DNA of 44,131 nt, filler included, from Jimgerdemannia flammicorona (lineage: Eukaryota): assembly GCA_003990765.1 (NCBI GenBank). It is 2 parts of 2 records of this genome, joined end to end, with 100 filler letters (N's around TTAATTAATTAA, not from the genome) between each part and the next. Parts side by side here need not be neighbours in the genome. Positions count along the whole stretch, not along the records: positions 1 to 22,024 come from RBNJ01001350.1; 1 more part is not named here. One strand, given 5' to 3'. Below are positions 9,882-22,124 of this stretch, piece after piece. The translations under genes and the position numbers were made by a program. Under the pieces are notes generated by a model. That model was not told the DNA's origin, searched no databases, and was given only the letters and a program-made list of their open reading frames with translations. How positions within the stretch are numbered: position 1 is the stretch's first letter; each line of letters opens with the position of its first letter.

Positions 9882-12800
9882 ATTGAATAATTTTTGTTAA
9901 AGGTCATCCATTTACTCTAATACTACCAAAAATTTCTGACAATTTATACTATCTACAGCCTCCATCTTTATATGGTACTCTTCACACACCACCTGCCACT
10001 TTGCCAGTCCTTTTCTTGGGCCCACATATATGTAGCTCTGTCACTTGCAACCATCCATAGTATCTCCTTCCTGACATCATCTATCTGATATACCTCTGCC
10101 TCCAACAGAGTCACTATTATCTCATCTCTGAGTTTCTGTAGCGCCTCCTCTCCATATAAGATCTCTCTCCAGTATCTCTCACTTAGTACCTAGAAATCTT
10201 CTCCTCCCAGCTCCTCTGCTGCTACATTCTCCAGTATCTTCCACAGCCATTTCTCCTTAAGTTCAGCCTCTGCCACTCCCTGAGCCACTCTCTGAACCAC
10301 CCCCATCCTCTCTTCCACCTGCCTCCTCTCTACATTTCTCCTTGCCAACTTATTCCAGTCCTCCTCTAGAATATCCTGCAATTCATCATCACTCCTGACC
10401 CTATCTGGTACTCCATACTGAGAGCCCTCCCTCTCTGTCATCTCTATATCCTCCACAATAATACTCAATCATACACTCTCCCCCCCTCTTAGACTTCCCT
10501 CTTGTACTGCTTCCTTCTCTCCTGCCCAGACACTTGCCTCAATCTAGCCTCATCAGTGACTTTCCTCCTAGCTGCCCCCCCTCCCAACTTTGCCAGCAGG
10601 TCCTTCTGAACATACCTCCCTTATGTCCTCTCCCAGGCTGCCTGATCTAATTATACCTTCTTGCTATTGATAATCTCTACCACCATCTTGGCCTCATACT
10701 CCTTCTAGACCAATCTCTTTCTCTCTACAGCTTTAGCCAGATCTGTCAGTATCTCCAGCAAGTCCTCTTCCTCTTTCAATGTCCTCTTCACTCTTGAGAT
10801 CTTGCATTCCACAGAGCCCCACTTTAGTACCACTAACCAGTCTCTTGTCTTCTCCATATTCTTCTTGCCTGCTAGCTATACCCTGACATCCACATCTCCA
10901 GTTCTGAACTCAGTACCCTCTCAGACTCTAAACTCAATATCTACAATCTCTCCATACTCCTTAACTATCTCCACAATCAGTCTCCTGGCCATTTCCTTCA
11001 ATATGATTAGTATATCCAGCACCATCAACTATACTACTTAAGGATTCCAGTATAAGTACTATACTATAGAGATTGCCACTCTCTCCATTATCACTCTCTT
11101 CTCCATTGCCTCCAATAGCACCTCTTTCTGCTTGAAGCCAACCTCCACCCCTTTCTTTCCCTTCAAAAACTTCACTGATGTAGCCCCCTTCACCTCCTGA
11201 GCCAGTAGTTCTAGAATTATTCTTACTGTAACTGTCAAGTCTTAGAAGCACAGCATAATAGTGAATTCTGACCTCAATTTCTGAAGTAATAGTACCACTA
11301 CCAGTTCTATCACACTATCCACCATGTCTCCAGACCTCATGTCCACTCTCTGTTCAGATCTACTATCAGTTGTCATAACTGGATTTTTTTTTCAGATTAG
11401 TAGTCTCTCTGCTATCAGCAGTCTCACTCCCTCTAGCCACTACTCCCCCAGCCATACTGCTCTTATCTCTATGAGCTACTCTCTCAGAGCCTACAGCCTT
11501 TACCATCTCCTTACCCTTCCTCAGCCAGCCTTCCAACCTAGTCATTATTGTCAGTTGACCTCTCTTTATCTTGTCTGTAAAGCTTATTCTCTCTGTTCTC
11601 TGTCCACCTATACTGCTCCCTTCCCTTCCATATCCTCTTGTAAGCAAGCTCCTCATGCTTTCTCCCAAGCCATAGCTCCTCCCTACATGCTGCCAGTCAA
11701 ATGCACTAGAGCTATCCTGCCCAGCATACACTTTGGAATACTCAACAGATGACATATTACTAGTACTTTTTCTTCAAAAATAACAACTTGAGAGTTGCTT
11801 AAAGTTTATATAACCTGAATATTACTGGAGAAAGGTTTTTTGGATGAGGTATAGTATATCATCTGTAGTAACTATATTATTATTCTTAGATATAGACTTG
11901 GTGAGGATCTTGAGGCTTTTAATGAGGTTCTGATTAATGAAGTTCCCTATAGCTCTACTGTTTATACATAAGTACTTGAACCTCTTTTCCTTTGACTAGG
12001 TCTTTGAAAATGAACATAGCATGAGCTCAATTTTCAGTAAGACTTACTATTTGATTAGTTCTACCAAAATATTTTAGTCTCATTTGGTTTTGGAGAGTTC
12101 TTGGACTTCTGTAATCTTGGATTGACTGGCTTTTTCTAGGATCATTTATGTGACTTAGTCTCCTTCCTTAACTATATAATCTTGATCCTTCTGGTTGATA
12201 AGTAAGATTTAAACTTATCCTCAAAAGTCTGAATCAATGATACCAGTACCTATATCAAAATAATGTTTGATACTAAGTCCTAATTATGATACAATTCTAG
12301 TATAATATCCTTCAGGACATTAGACTACAATTTCAGTAGGTATCAGAGTTTGGTCCTTGGCTGGAATGGTGACTTATTTGACAGAATGTAGATCAATACT
12401 GATGACTTCTTCTGTTTAATATTGAGGGGTCTGGACTTTTGGATGAAGCTTCTTGATCTTGAGCTTGGGTTGACAGATAGTAGGATTGATAGGTATATCT
12501 TTGGACAATACAGTGACTGATCTAAAAGGTTTGCTAGTCTTCTTAGGATATTTGGTTATAATATATCCTGTTTGGCAATAGAAGAAATAGACTCCAGATT
12601 TCTTCAGGTGGTCCTTTTCTTCAGAAGTAAGCTTAGTACTCTTTAGTATCCAAATCCATTGATGCTAGGCCAACTGTCCTTGGTTGGTTTCTGTGGCAGT
12701 TCTCAAAATGGTTCTTTTTATAGTATTCTGGTTTAAAGTAGTTACTAAAGATAATGACATTAAACCTATTTGCAATTCTCATAGCTTCATTAAGGCTTTG

Positions 12801-13508
12801 TGACTCTTCTAACTTAATCTTGACTCATGTATTTCCCTTCAGACCTCAGACATAGTAGTTTAGCTTTTCATCCTCAGCTATTGCTAGTAGTTTGAGTAAG
12901 ATTAACAAGAATTGTATATTGTAGCTTTGCATAGACTTGAGTTGTTTGATATTCACTAACTTGTCCCTGACTAGCTTAGTAGTATTAGCAGACTTGAACT
13001 GCTTGTGAAGGGCTCTCTTAAAAACTTTCCAATCTTTGATTCATATATTTGAGTATATAGATATAGTCATAATATAATTATACTACCAAATAGCTATATT
13101 TCCTCAGAGAAGTATGACAGCAAATTAGACTTGCATATCTTTTTTCATTCTTGTGAGCTTAAAGTATTGGTCCAATTGAAAGGTCCATACATCTGTAGAT
13201 AGTCCTTCTTAATGACTATTGAAGATATCTAGCTTAAGTGGCTTAAAACTGACTGGTGCTGTAATGAAATATGATATACTTACAGTTCTTATTTTCTGCT
13301 GGTCTAGTTGTACTTGAAGTACTTAGATTTGATAAACTATAGAGGTGATCATATCCTCTATATTTATTTGTAGTTCTTCTGCTTCTCTTATAGCAGAGAG
13401 GTCTAGCTGATAGGCTGACTCTTTGTAGCTCATTTCAGATTTATATGACTAGTTGTAACTAGTTTCCAAATTTGTATAGGGTTTCTTAATAAGGCAAGGT
13501 GTAATAAC

Positions 13509-13521
13509 ACCACTGCTACCA
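13509..13521 (-). promoter_or_regulatory. Primer-binding site, initiator tRNA-Met type
   Basis: TGGTAGCAGTGGT 2 nt inside the LTR end; TGGTAGC is complementary to the GCUACCA 3' end typical of eukaryotic tRNA-iMet. Confidence 0.75.
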
Positions 13522-13523
13522 AG

Positions 13524-13995
13524 TATAATAGTTCTAGTTTCTTTAAGAGGAAGTAGCTAAGTCCAGAAGTTCTAGTAAGTCTAAAGTAGCTTAAAGAGAT
13601 ACTTAAAGGTTCAAGTATTCTCAAAGGATTTCTAGAAGAAAATATTCTGAGCTTTATTCAGATAGAGAATAAGGATATTTACATATAATCTAAAAGAAAG
13701 ATCCAGAAAGATCTTAGAAAGAAAGAAGAAAGAGAAATATCAAAAAAATAGATTTTTGATAAAGCTGACTAATATGATTCTATAATGTTCTAAAAGGTTC
13801 TATAACTATCTAAAATAAGATACTTAGTATTATGAAAATATAAGAATATTCTAATAGTGTCTAGACAGCAAGAGAAGATTTTTAAGCAAGTAAAAGATAT
13901 CAGAATATAGTATAATATTTAAGAAATAACAAGAAAAGACTAGCTAAAAGATACAAAAATATACTAAGACGAAATATAACTGCAAAACTATTATA
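13524..13995 (-). repeat. 5' LTR of element B (472 bp)
   Basis: Inverted termini TATAATAG...CTATTATA (decayed TGTAATAG...CTATTACA); TATA-like and AATAAA on minus strand; PBS adjacent. Confidence 0.78.
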
Positions 13996-15365
13996 TATCA
14001 CCTGTTTATCCTATATCTCAGCCAGAGCTAGAAGCCTTAAGAGAGACCCTAAAGATACTTCTTGATAAAGAATATATTGAACTCTTATAAAGCACCTATT
14101 CTGGTTATAAAAAAGAAAGATAGAATATTAAAGATATGTATAGACTACTGTATACTTAATAAGATCACTATATAAGACTAATATTCTCTATTTAGTATAA
14201 AGAACTACTCACTCAGTTTTACAAAGCTAAGGTTATGACCTTTGGTAATCTTAAAGAAGAATTTTTGCAGATAAGAATGGATCAAAGAGATATAGAGAAA
14301 ACAGTCTTTAAAATAAGATATAGATATTATTAATTTAAAGTTATACTCTTTGGATTAACTAATACTCTAGTAATATTTCAGACCTTTATAAATAACATCT
14401 TTAAGCCACTGTTAGACAAGTGTATACTAGTCTATATAGATGATATTCTTATCTATAGTACATATAACTTAAAAGAGAGTACCTTCAATATCTGTAAGAA
14501 GTCTTCACTATACTGAGAAAAAATCAATTATATCTAAAGCTTGAAAAATCTCACTTCTTATAAGAAGAAAGGACATATTATTGGAAAAAGAATAGTTAAA
14601 ACCTCACTCAGACTGATTAAAGCTATAGAAGATTAGCTCTAACCAGAAAATCTTAAAGAATTATAAGAATTTCTAGAATTATCTAACTTCTTTAGATAAT
14701 TTATAAAAAGATTCTCTAAAGTAGCAGTCTCTTTAACAGTACTTACTCAAAAATCTATAAATATTAAAAAACATTAGACTTCTATCCAAATACAAGCCTT
14801 TGATTATCTAAAAAGACTTTTTACTAATATACTAATACTGATAATTTCTGATCTAAAAGACTTTTTTAAAGTCACTACTGATGTATCAAATATATATAGC
14901 AATTTACTTAAAAAAAATATTCAGTAGCTTACTTTTCTCAAAAGTTAAAAAATTAGAAACAAGATATACTACTTATGAAAAGGAATTATTTACTATAGTC
15001 AGAAGCCTTAAAGAATAGAGATACTTCCTAATAGGAAAATATTTTTCTATCATTATAGATTATTAATCTCTTATCTATATTTACTACTAATCTACTTTGA
15101 CTAAAGATAAGTAAGATAGATAGAAGCTTTAGTAGATTATGACTTTATAGTAGAATACTACTTTGAAAAAACAAATATAATAGCTAATGCTCTTTTAAGA
15201 ATAAAACTTATAGATTCTTACAAAATCCAATCAATAATTTAAGACTCAAAGAACTGATCAAGAAGATAACTCTCAAAAGAAGAGTTAATATACTATAATG
15301 AAACAAGAGTCTTAATTTCTAAAAATCAAAAACTAAGACTTCAAATTATATAAGAATACTATAAT
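13996..15365 (+). mobile_element. Heavily degraded Ty3/Gypsy pol fragment (RT, RNase H, start of integrase)
   Basis: SPVYPISQPELEAL, KKKDRILKICIDY, LFGLTNT, VYIDDILIYS, VTTDVS, YEKELFTIV, NIIANALLR. Confidence 0.85.
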
Positions 15366-15622
15366 TAGTAGATTTGATTCAAACTCTATTTTTTAAAATA
15401 TAATAACTTGGTGAAAACATGTTCAAATTTAACAATCTTTTGCTTATTAAATTCCTCTATATAAGAGAAATCTAACAAGTTAAAGATTACTAAATTTGGA
15501 ATTTCTAAAAATAGGGTTTAAATTTAGACTTTTAATATAATAATTCAATTTCTATTTGATTCAAACTTAATTTGAACCAATTTGATTCGATTTGAATTAA
15601 TTCAATTCATTTGAGAGTACTA
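15366..15622. mobile_element. Degenerate, left-truncated hAT MITE of the 8958-9312 family
   Basis: Right end TTCATTTGAGAGTACTA; internal palindrome similar to 9090-9260; no left TIR or TSD recognisable. Confidence 0.75.
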
Positions 15623-17931
15623 AGTATAACTTAAAATTCTCATAAACTATAACATATCTTAAAGATAGACTTATAAATATCTTCTTCTTTAATACAGACT
15701 TAATAATAATTAGTATAAAGGTTTAATTTGGAAAAGACCTTAGTATATAGGAGTCTGTCTAACATTTTATCTATTCTTGATAGTGGGTACTAGTTCTTAA
15801 CTATGTATAATAGTTAATATATATATATTTACAAAGTGTAATTTTTTTTCTTAATAAAAAGAATAGATATAATAAGGTAATTTACTTGATTAAATATATT
15901 CTTTGGCAGCTAGGTCTTCTAGTTCCTTTTGAAGGAGCTCTAGTTCAGATTGTAATATAGAATATTATAGCTTATATAGATGTTCAGAGTCTGAGAGAAG
16001 TTCAATTTTATAATCTATACTTTTTTGGATAGCAGTTTTATAGACAGATTATTTAGAAAAATGTTCTTGAATTCTTGAACTAGGGGTTAAACTATCTTTG
16101 AGAGATTCTTTTCTATTTCTGACTTTGAGAGTTATATAATTATTAAGAATACTTACTTATACTTTTTGAAAAGCTTTTTGAATTAGATTATAGATATAAT
16201 TTCTACTAATACTTTTGTGAGCTTCTTTACTTTACTGCAATCTTCTTTCTATTTTTATTTAGTATGAGTTTGTTTTCTCTTCAATCAATATCAGGATTAT
16301 ATAGTACTAATCAGAGTTTTTTTAGAATAATATAGTATTCTTGCAAAGGTATAATAAAGAGATTCAATTTTTCAAAATACTCTTATATTATATAGGGTAA
16401 CTTGGCTACCATTTTGTTAACTTAATATTTTTTTTATCAGCTATGGAAATCTTGAACTTCACTTGTCATGGTAGACTGACAGAGATGATCTTCAGTTTCT
16501 TTACTAGCTCTTTACTAATAAAGTTGTCAGATATACTATTATTGATAAAAATATCTATTTCTCATCTTTTGACTTTTTTTTTAAATAGTAGTAGACTGGT
16601 ATTAATGAAATTTATATTCTTCTTATGACTTATACTTCTAGTATTTCTAAATCCTTCAGTATCCTAAGTAGTTTCTTCTAAATTTATACTTTTTTGATTA
16701 TTAGTATCTTGGCTTATTCTAAAATTAGTTGTATAATCTAGTCTTACTTCTTAAACTTCAAAGAGTTTGTACTATTATTAATTAAAAGTGCTGATATCTT
16801 TATAATAATTTGGATCAATTATCTCTATACTCAGATCAATATAGTATTTGATACTAAGATCTGATTATGGTATAATTCTTCTATAATAATTTTCAGATGT
16901 CTGTATGACTAGCTTAATAGCTATAAGTTATTACTGTCCTGCAGAGATTATTATATCTTAAATGGCTACTAGATCTAATCAAATTATTTCTGAGATTTTT
17001 ACTTCTAATATAATAATATCAAAATGAGTTTTTGGACTATAGATATACTTCTTCAGTTTGGGTAATAGGTATTACTATTTTCTTCTTAGTAATAGCTAGG
17101 GCCTTCTTTATTTCTATCTTATTCTTGATCTTCTTTAAGTATTTGACAGTGATGTATTCTTCTTCTTGATAGTAGAAATAGGTTTTGCTCTTATATAATT
17201 TTTCATTTTTCTTTAATATAAGTCTTGATTTAGTAATAATGTCCAAATCTATTAAGGCAGATCCTACAACCTTTCTAGATTATTTATATTCTTATTGGGA
17301 CTTTTTAGTTTATTTAAAGAAATTAGTTTTTCTAAAAGATTATATTAAAGTAGTTAGTAATTAATATTGCTTCTTTAATAGTATTTGGATCTCATAGTTC
17401 TACTTTCTACTTGATATAATTCTTAAGTCCTTACATATATCTATCAAGTTTTTCAGCTTTACTAATATTATTGAGCTTTAAGATTATACTCATAAAGATA
17501 GCAATATAGGCCTTAACTGATCCTATTTATCATAGAGATACTAATTTCTCTCTGATCATCTTTTTTGAGTTAATGGGCTTGAACAATTATATAAGTTGAT
17601 CTTAAAACTTATTTCAGTCTAGGAGATCTATATTTTTGTCCTTAAATACTTAGAATTTTATTTTCTATCAAATAGCTATATCTTCTCATAGTAGCACTCT
17701 TATATAAATAACTAATTTATTATTTGATTTATTTATTATTACTAAGTACTAGTTATATTAAAGAGCTAGGTTTCTATATTATTACTTTCTTCATTGTAGA
17801 ATTTAGATAGTGGTAACTTGAGATAAGTCTTTTAGACTATAGTAGAGAGGCCTGCTATTGGTCTTTTATCTTTTGAGCCTAATACTTCCTTTATTACTTA
17901 TATCTTTACTTATATTTCTTAAGAGACAACT
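15623..17931 (-). mobile_element. Degraded Ty3/Gypsy fragment (gag, dUTPase, protease, RT N-terminus)
   Basis: Decayed knuckle YFYYQEEEYITVKY ~17190-17140; dUTPase ~17000-16730; protease IDIFINNSISDNFIS ~16560; RT YPLSRIDKMLDRL...FSKLNL ~15800-15720. Confidence 0.82.
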
Positions 17932-20277
17932 CTCTCTAGTAACATTCAGATTATACAACTTTTGGACAATACTTGTAATATTGTTTTTGAAGAAAAGAGA
18001 CTAACAACATAGTGACCAACAGGCGTTCTGAGATATATACTGAGTAGAGTGGCTCTAGCATATTTGACTAATAGTATATAGAGAGGAGCCCTGGCTTAGG
18101 GGAAAGTATGAGAGGTCTGCTGGCAGGAGGAAGTAGAAGAGGAGAAAGCAGAGATGGTAGACAGGAGATAGAGAGGGCAAGCTTTGTGGATATAGTGAAG
18201 GGGGGACAGCTAGCATCTAGGCTGAAGAGCTGGCTGAGGAAGGGCAAAGAGGTAGCAAAGACTGCAGAATATAGGAGAGCAGTCCTTGGCAGTGGGGGCA
18301 GTAGAGCTGGAAGTATAGGGGCTGGGGTGAGTATAATGGCTGATAGCAATGAGACTACTGATCTGGAAAAAAATCCAGATATTACTGCTAATGGTAGAGT
18401 TAAAAGAATTGGACTTAGATGGATGAGAGATCTGGTGGATAGTGTAACAGACCTAGCAGTGACCCCATTACTCAAGAAGTTGATCTCAGAGTTTATGGTT
18501 ACTTTGTGCTTTCAGGGCTTGGCAGTAATGGCAAAAATAATACTGAGGCTAATTACTAAGCAGGTGACTAGAGTAGTATCCATGAAGTTCCTGAAGGGTT
18601 TAGAAAGAGTGGAGGTAGGTTTTGAGGAGGCTGAGCCACTGGAGGATGTGCTGAGGGCTGGGCTGACTATTGGGGAGATGTGTATACTGATGATATGCTG
18701 CTTGAGATGAGATCCCAGAGTGATACAATTGCTGGTAAAAGAGGTGCTTATAGTGACTACTATAGAGATGAGGAGAAGAGTCAAGGAAATCATAGCTGAG
18801 TATAGTGAGGTAGTGGATATTGAGTTCTAAGTCTAGGAAGGGACCTCATTCTAAACTAGAGATGTTGATGTCAGGATCTGATTGGCAGAGAAGGAGGCTA
18901 CTGGGAAGACTAGAGACTGACCTTTAGTAATGGTCTGGGGGGCATTCTTGTGCAAAGTGACAAGGGTGAAGGGGAGTGAGGAGGAGGAGGAAGAGGATTT
19001 GTTAGAGGTACTAGAGGAGCTGAGTGGTACAGTAGAGTGGAGGGTGAAGGCTTGGAAGATATATATAGAGTTGACATATTTGGAAAAGTGGATTCAAGTA
19101 GATAAGGAGCTGTAGGAGAGGTCTCAAGAATGCAAGAGACAGAGAGAGCTACTGACAAGTCTGGAGAGTAGGACAAAGAAGAATGCTAGTAGAATTGAGA
19201 ATGTAAGAGGTACCAAAGCAAGCATCTAGACTAGAGAGGGTAGAGAGAATGTAGGGAAGGGGCAAGGAGCAGACAAGGAGACAACTAGCAATAATCCATA
19301 TGCAGATAGTACATTTGAGATCTGGGAGGACTCTCCTACTCCTACTCCTCTTATCAGATAAGGTCCAGCTTCAAGGGGTAGGGTGGTAGAGGCTTTGTCT
19401 ATACAGGGGGCTCAGTGAGTATACTTTGGAGTTCCTGAGGTAGCAAAAGAAGGACAAGTGGTGGTGGCTAGTGAGGATAAACTGGTGGATATCTCGGAAG
19501 AGAAGTGAGATAAGACAGTGAGTATAGGGGCAGATACAGTAATGCTGGGTAGAGGGTGGCCAGTGACTCCTGGGGGAAAGAAGGTGAGAAACCTACTGTG
19601 GATATGCCAGATGATGAATAACTTTACAGCTGAAGAGCTGGAAGAAGTAGACCTGAGGGTGTTGAGTAATGAGCAGTGGGCAAGGATCTTATATAGCAAT
19701 GGAGTGGTGGAGGCATTGAAGGCAGAGGTACTTACAGTTTTCCTAGAGAAAGAAGGGTATGAGATTAATAAAGAGAGGGAGGCTGAGCTGGTAGTTGCTG
19801 CTGGTGAGCAGACTACCTTCTGTTGGATGGAGTATCATAGATTACAGCTCTGATAGGAGGCCTGCCTGAAGTATTATGAGGAGTTTGAGGAAAAGGAGAA
19901 TGGAGTGATAACTGCACTACTAAATAGATTGGAGGCTATAAGGGCTGAAGAGGAGGTGGTTTCTGCTGAATATGATCTGGACTTGGTATAGAAGGAGATG
20001 AATATGGAGCAGTAGAGGATGTACTTAATATTATATATTATTTCTTATGAATAGTATAATTAACATTTTTTCTTTAAATATAAATAGGTTATGGAGTTTG
20101 TTTTGATGTCAGAATATTTTTGCTTAGCTGAAGAAATTGGAAGCCAATCTCTTTCTTTTGTAAGATATCAGATATGAGGATGATTTGGATAGACTGGAAT
20201 GGACAAAGGAATAGAGAGATGAGGCAGTTTGGAAGAACAAGATTGGGATTCTGGTCTGGAGAGGTAGAGAGAAGGTA
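17932..20277 (+). mobile_element. L1/Tx1-like LINE 5' part (5' UTR, ORF1, first ~77 codons of ORF2)
   Basis: ORF1 18108-18710 homologous to 11366-11755 (SF.D..K.GQL....L..WLRKGKE); ORF2 ATG 20047 MNSIINIFSLNINRL; cut at 20277 by a TGT-starting insertion. Confidence 0.88.
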
Positions 20278-20565
20278 TGTAAGCATACAACCTCCAAGCT
20301 ATCGAAATTACATGTCACCCTCTGAACAAGCCACTGAAATAACATGTGACCTCCGAACAAACCTGGAAATCACCTGCTTGATCACGAAGCTGAGTCAAAC
20401 CGAAGTCACAATGCACAAAGCTGAGTCAATATGAAGTCACAGAATACAAGATCTACACAAATGGAATCTTACCAATCAGGACCAAATGCATATATACTGA
20501 GCACCGAGACACGTCAAAACAGAGAACCAAGACAAACAACAACCACAACTTCCAAACATACAAAC

Positions 20566-21126
20566 ATGACCACTGAGATCTACAACTGTATCTGTGCTGA
20601 CATTTGGAATGTCATTGTCAACCGAGCCACACCCCCTCTACCCTTCATGAACATCCATAGCCTGACACCCCTCTACTTCGTGGAAGCCTGATGAAATGCC
20701 CTGAACATGCTTAGCGAGGCCCACCGAATCGGACAAATCTCAAGCTACTACAAGATCAGCCGCCTCCTGGAAGACATGGTCAAACACCGCCATGATACAG
20801 ACATTACCCAGATGTCTCAACACCAGAAGCTCATCACCTGCAAACATCGAGAACTCTTCTATGAGTACAACACCTTTATTCCCCACCTCCGAGTCACTAC
20901 CAGCGAAATGGTTACTACCCTATCCTATGGCCAAATTAATGACATGATACAAGAACTCAATCACAAGTACCTCAAATACATCCAGACTACAGACAGAACC
21001 TTCCTACACCCTGATGACCATATCCTGCAAATGCCTCAAGTCAGATACGCTATGAAGGATGTCTACAATATAATCCACTTCGATGAAGATGAAGCAAAGA
21101 CAATGATCTCTCTGATACTGACATGA
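20566..21126 (+). pseudogene. LTR-encoded ORF A, unknown function (186 aa)
   Basis: CAAACATG start; joins ORF-track 20431..20691 and 20707..21126 across TGATGA (likely CGACGA). Confidence 0.68.
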
Positions 21127-21662
21127 CCTCTAGCCAAGGATCTCTGTCAACCCTGATCACTCCGCCAACCTTGCCAATAAACCTACAACAGTTCATAACC
21201 ACATACGAAACTTATTGGGACAATGACCACTGGCACGAATACTAACCCGCATTCACCCCCAATTACTTCAATTACAATGAAGAGACCAGAGAATACAACC
21301 TGTACCTCCAGACAACCCTCGAGATCGAACCAACAACCCCACTACCTGAGTACAAGTGATATGAACCACAGCCGCCAGCTTACTACAATCCTGCAACTCA
21401 TAGTGCTGTAACCTATAGAAGATATGCAGATAGTGAATCCGATGAAAGCAAAAACAATACACCCCTCCTTCACTCACCAATACCTTATCCAGTGTACGAG
21501 ACAGACGATGCTATCCTGTGAGACAGAGATGAAGTTCTAATGTATTATTATCTCAGCAAACAAGGAGAAGTAATCCGCGAACCATTATTCCTAGATGACT
21601 ACTTCATCAGAGATAATGCAATCGATGGTGATGTCATCGAAGACTACCCAGATAGTGCCTAA
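21123..21662 (+). pseudogene. LTR-encoded ORF B, acidic Tyr/Pro-rich, unknown function (179 aa)
   Basis: ATG overlaps ORF A stop (ATGA 21123-21126); MTSSQGS...DVIEDYPDSA*; three internal stops (TAA, TGA, TGA) all revertible to CAA/CGA; not in the ORF track. Confidence 0.62.
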
Positions 21663-22024
21663 ACCCATAAATAGCCTAGCAGTCATAATATAGTTAGATT
21701 AGCCTTGTATGACGTGACTGTGAACTGACTCAGCAGTCAGACAATCTCTTGACATGTCAGATCACACTTGTACTATGTGACTGCATTCCAACTCAGCAAG
21801 GCACTTAGTGCTACATCCATATTTAGCATAGTCTAGATAGCCCCTCACTAATATAAATACCCCCTCCCCCAGACCTCAGAATCTCAGACTTGAACAGACT
21901 CGAACACACAAGAACATTCCTAAATACTTCCCCACAATATCCCTTCACACAAATACTCCTAGTATAGCAATATCATGAATAGCAAATAAATCTATTCCAT
22001 AACCCACAAACCACTCTTTTTTTT

Positions 22025-22124
22025 NNNNNNNNNNNNNNNNNNNNNNNNNNNNNNNNNNNNNNNNNNNNTTAATTAATTAANNNNNNNNNNNNNNNNNNNN
22101 NNNNNNNNNNNNNNNNNNNNNNNN
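22025..22124. other. Assembly gap with artificial six-frame-stop linker
   Basis: 44 N + TTAATTAATTAA (22069-22080) + 44 N = 100 nt. Confidence 0.97.

Larger units (their letters stand above)
5850..11829 (-). mobile_element. L1/Tx1-like LINE, near full length (5' UTR, ORF1, ORF2), 3' tail cut by element A
   Basis: ORF1 ~11755-9900; ORF2 from 9881; 5' UTR 11755-11829 matches the reverse complement of 17932-18010. Confidence 0.9.
11830..13995 (-). mobile_element. Ty3/Gypsy element B, 5' part (5' LTR, PBS, gag, dUTPase, protease)
   Basis: Gag 13480-12560 with decayed CCHC knuckle, dUTPase ~12420-12130, protease ~12020-11830; 12000-12270 aligns with 39640-39907 (same family as the chromovirus). 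Confidence 0.88.
20278..22016 (+). mobile_element. Young long-LTR-like insertion (>=1.74 kb) containing two ORFs
   Basis: Begins TGT exactly where LINE ORF2 stops; TGAGTCA/TGACTCA repeats; TATAAATACCCC at 21852 (same motif as LTRs at 5598 and ~24520); AATAAA 21985-21990; CpGs retained; 3' end lost at poly(T)/gap. Confidence 0.68.

Noticed and set aside
20258..20277. Purine-rich tract before TGT at 20278 looked like a PPT
   Set aside because: It translates as LINE ORF2 endonuclease (ILVWRGREKV), homologous to the 43619 ORF2 start; it is the insertion target.
22069..22080. TTAATTAATTAA as piggyBac site or biological motif
   Set aside because: Centred in a symmetric N spacer; assembly artefact.
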